Positions 47,763 through 50,673 of a stretch of DNA of 50,673 nucleotides are shown piece after piece. The notes below the pieces were generated by a model. The model was given only the letters and a program-made list of their open reading frames with translations, did no database searches and had not been told where the DNA came from. Position numbers and translations under genes: made by a program. This DNA comes from Octopus bimaculoides (lineage: Eukaryota), in assembly GCF_001194135.2 (NCBI RefSeq), contig NC_068988.1, forward strand, positions 13,852,493 to 13,903,165, written 5' to 3'. The number at the start of each line of letters is the position of its first letter. Within the stretch, counting starts at the first letter, position 1.

Positions 47763-48193
47763 TATATATATATATATATATNNNNNNNNNNNNNNNNNNN
47801 NNNNNNNNNNNNNNNNNNNNNNNNNNNNNNNNNNNNNNNNNNNNNNNNNNNNNNNNNNNNNNNNNNNNNNNNNNNNNNNNNNNNNNNNNNNNNNNNNNNN
47901 NNNNNNNNNNNNNNNNNNNNNNNNNNNNNNNNNNNNNNNNNNNNNNNNNNNNNNNNNNNNNNNNNNNNNNNNNNNNNNNNNNNNNNNNNNNNNNNNNNNN
48001 NNNNNNNNNNNNNNNNNNNNNNNNNNNNNNNNNNNNNNNNNNNNNNNNNNNNNNNNNNNNNNNNNNNNNNNNNNNNNNNNNNNNNNNNNNNNNNNNNNNN
48101 NNNNNNNNNNNNNNNNNNNNNNNNNNNNNNNNNNNNNNNNNNNNNNNNNNNNNNNNNNNNNNNNNNNNNNNNNNNNNNNNNNNNNNNNNNNNN

Positions 48194-48224
<31 letters not shown>

Positions 48225-48438
48225 CACCAAGTGTAACAACAAAAGAAGTAAAGTTCAGTATAGTTGGAAGTAGAGAATTAAATTTATTAAATGACAGGTA
48301 TTTGATTCCGTATTTACTATGCATTAAGTATGCATTAAACTTGCAAAAAGCTAATGAACTGCAGTGAGTATAGAATCGCTTCGCAGAAACTCTGAATCTG
48401 AAATGTAAATGTTCCATACCTCTGTCATTATACGTATA

Positions 48439-48481
<43 letters not shown>

Positions 48482-48561
48482 NNNNNNNNNNNNNNNNNNN
48501 NNNNNNNNNNNNNNNNNNNNNNNNNNNNNNNNNNNNNNNNNNNNNNNNNNNNNNNNNNNNN

Positions 48562-48600
<39 letters not shown>

Positions 48601-49667
48601 ACGTACACACACATACATACTTCTTTAAATGAATGTGCTCTTTCTTCTTCGCAGCAGACAACTGAAAACAAAATGGAGTGTTGATCTCTTCGAGATTTGA
48701 AATCAGAGCGTGGACTTAGTACCCCAAATCTTTCTACCTAATGCTCTGAAGACTGCCAATTCATGCAATTTCGTGCATACATATGTGCTCAGAACTATCT
48801 CTGTGTGTACATGTATATGTGTGTACCTGTGTGTGTGTATTTTAGTTACCAGTCACGTAATTACTCTTCTCAGATTAAAAGATTCGCTAATGTTCAATTC
48901 ACTCTTCTTCATCTTTGAAATATTTCAATTATATTGTTAAGAAGCGACGTCTAGCTCTAACAGTGACTGTGTGATTTATATCTGTACCAAATATTTTACC
49001 TATTGAACTTAGTTATACAAACTCTTTGCAAACAATCGAATTTTATCAATAAAACTGCTTTTACTGTTCTGTACATAACGTTAAAATCACTTTTGCACCG
49101 CATATTATCTTAAGCACAACTGCTTAATATACACAAGAACAGGAAAGAATCCTTACGATAGGTTATCGGCTTTTCTCCCCGACAAAACGATTGAAAAAAA
49201 GAGCATTAAATAAATGAATAAAACTAGACATAAAGGAAGTAAAAACATAGATAAGCTTACGAGGAAACCAATTTGGACGAGACAAAGTAAGGAGTTTTCA
49301 GAAAGAAAAAGCGATGAAGTGAAACCGAAGGATATAATGTAATAAAGTAACACTGAATAGTACACTGTAGAATATATGTGTGAACAGAATTGTAGGAGTT
49401 GTACAAGTCTGGGAAGAAGAATTGATTATCAGGGTGTGTTAGGTAAATGTGTATTTTATGTTTCGAACATATACACAACACTCACGAAACGAATTGGCAA
49501 GCAATTTTGTTCATTATGATTTCTTCCTCTTTTAAGTAATGAAGTGTATGTATACATGTATGTATGTGTGTAGGATATGTATGTGTGTGTGGGATATGTA
49601 TGTATATATGTACGTACGTACGTGTGTGTGTGTGTGTGTGTAAGTATGTATGTATGTATGTATGTGT

Positions 49668-50056
49668 GGAGGCGCAATGGCCCAGTGGTTAGGGCAGCGG
49701 ACTCGCGGTCATAGGATCGCGGTTTCGATTCCCAGACCGGGCGTTGTGAGTGTTTATTGAGCGAAAACACCTAAAAGCTCCACGAGGCTCCGGCAGGGGA
49801 TGGTGGCGAACCCTGCTGTACTCTTTCACCACAACTTTCTCTCACTCTTACTTCCTGTTTGTGTTGTGCCTGTAATTCAAAGGGTCAGCCTTGTCACACT
49901 GTGTCACGCTGAATATCCCCGAGAACTACGTTAAGGGTACACGTGTCTGTGGAGTGCTCAACCACTTGCACGTTAATTTCACGAGCAGGCTGTTCCATTG
50001 ATCGTATCAACTGGAACCCTCGTCGTCGTAAGCGACGGAGTGCCAACAACAACAAC
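49668..50056 (+). mobile_element. Apparently full-length tRNA(Arg)-derived SINE (family C; resembles the octopus 'OK' type as I recall it)
   Basis: A box TGGCCCAGTGG, anticodon-position TCG, B box GGTTTCGATTCC, about 390 bp, tail ccctcgtcgtcgtaagcgacggagtgcc(aac)n. Inserted in an (ATGT)n tract. Confidence 0.88.
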
Positions 50057-50319
50057 ATGTATGTATGTATGTTTGTTTGTATGTATGTAGAAATGCCTTT
50101 GATTGGTGTCAGGGCCCTCAGTAAAGCCCTCTTGTCACAGAATCCTTCATGGAGAGGGACACTGATATGAAGCCTACGATTTCACGTGATTGCTGTTGAA
50201 TTCGCTTCGGCCTGTCATTAAGTACTGATCACAGGGGCTTAGAGAGTGCTACTTGTGTTGTACAAGCCTTTATCAATATAATGCAATGACGAGCCGTTGT
50301 TCCTTCATGGTGACTTCCT

Positions 50320-50560
50320 TTGTCATCATGTCAACTGAAAGTCCTATTGCGATGGAAGAATGAGGACTTGTGAAGACCTAACCAGCTGGAAGCGCACAAT
50401 ATGGTACGACTTTCATTTGCCACCAATACTTCAAACCATGCAGATCAGAAACGAAACAGAATATTCATCTGGGGGTGGGGTCATGGTCGGAAAGTCAGAA
50501 ATACCGATGACAACAAGGAGGCGCAAGGAAACGACAATCAGCTGTGAAGATGGAAGAATT
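50320..50560 (+). mobile_element. Old interspersed repeat, paralogous to 41970-42180
   Basis: See 41970-42180. Confidence 0.5.
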
Positions 50561-50673
50561 ACCATGTATGTATGTATGCATGTATGTATGTATGTATGTA
50601 TGTATGTATATGTTATATAAGTATATATATGCATATATATACATAATACATATGTGTATATAAATATATATAT

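Noticed and set aside
48620-48680. Possible small exons on either strand (LSAAKKKEHIHLK or VCCEEERAHSFKE on minus; strong acceptor at about 48654 on plus)
   Set aside because: The donor comes from the adjacent (GTAT)n repeat, the plus-strand frames hit stops, and no family is recognised.
49671-49745. tRNA-Arg(TCG)-like sequence
   Set aside because: It is the SINE head: acceptor and anticodon stems pair poorly and it continues directly into SINE body and tail.
1-50673. CRISPR array, prokaryotic operon or defence system
   Set aside because: No regularly spaced repeat-spacer array, no long intact ORFs and no bacterial gene organisation; the window is eukaryotic repeat-rich DNA.

Overview
This is eukaryotic, AT-rich, non-coding DNA with many scaffold N-gaps, very dense microsatellites and interspersed repeats. 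The SINE families and microsatellite style resemble those I associate with Octopus genomes; that taxon is an inference, not verified. I found no host protein-coding exon, rRNA, functional tRNA or CRISPR array that I can support. Most ORFs in the supplied track are translated microsatellites or N-runs. The interpretable content is: many copies of tRNA-derived SINEs from at least three families; 3' fragments of RTE and R4/Dong-like (CCHC + restriction-like endonuclease) LINEs; several Penelope-like element (PLE) relics; hAT and Tc1/mariner MITEs; a Helitron inserted precisely into a hAT transposase remnant; and long fold-back palindromes. The best candidate for something novel is a set of minimal type I hammerhead ribozyme motifs in PLE termini. 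One has a non-canonical core, AUGAUUA instead of CUGANGA. That is an A3-U8 compensatory swap, present in both inverted terminal repeats of a rearranged PLE at 18551-21422. Element boundaries other than TIR/TSD-defined ones are approximate.
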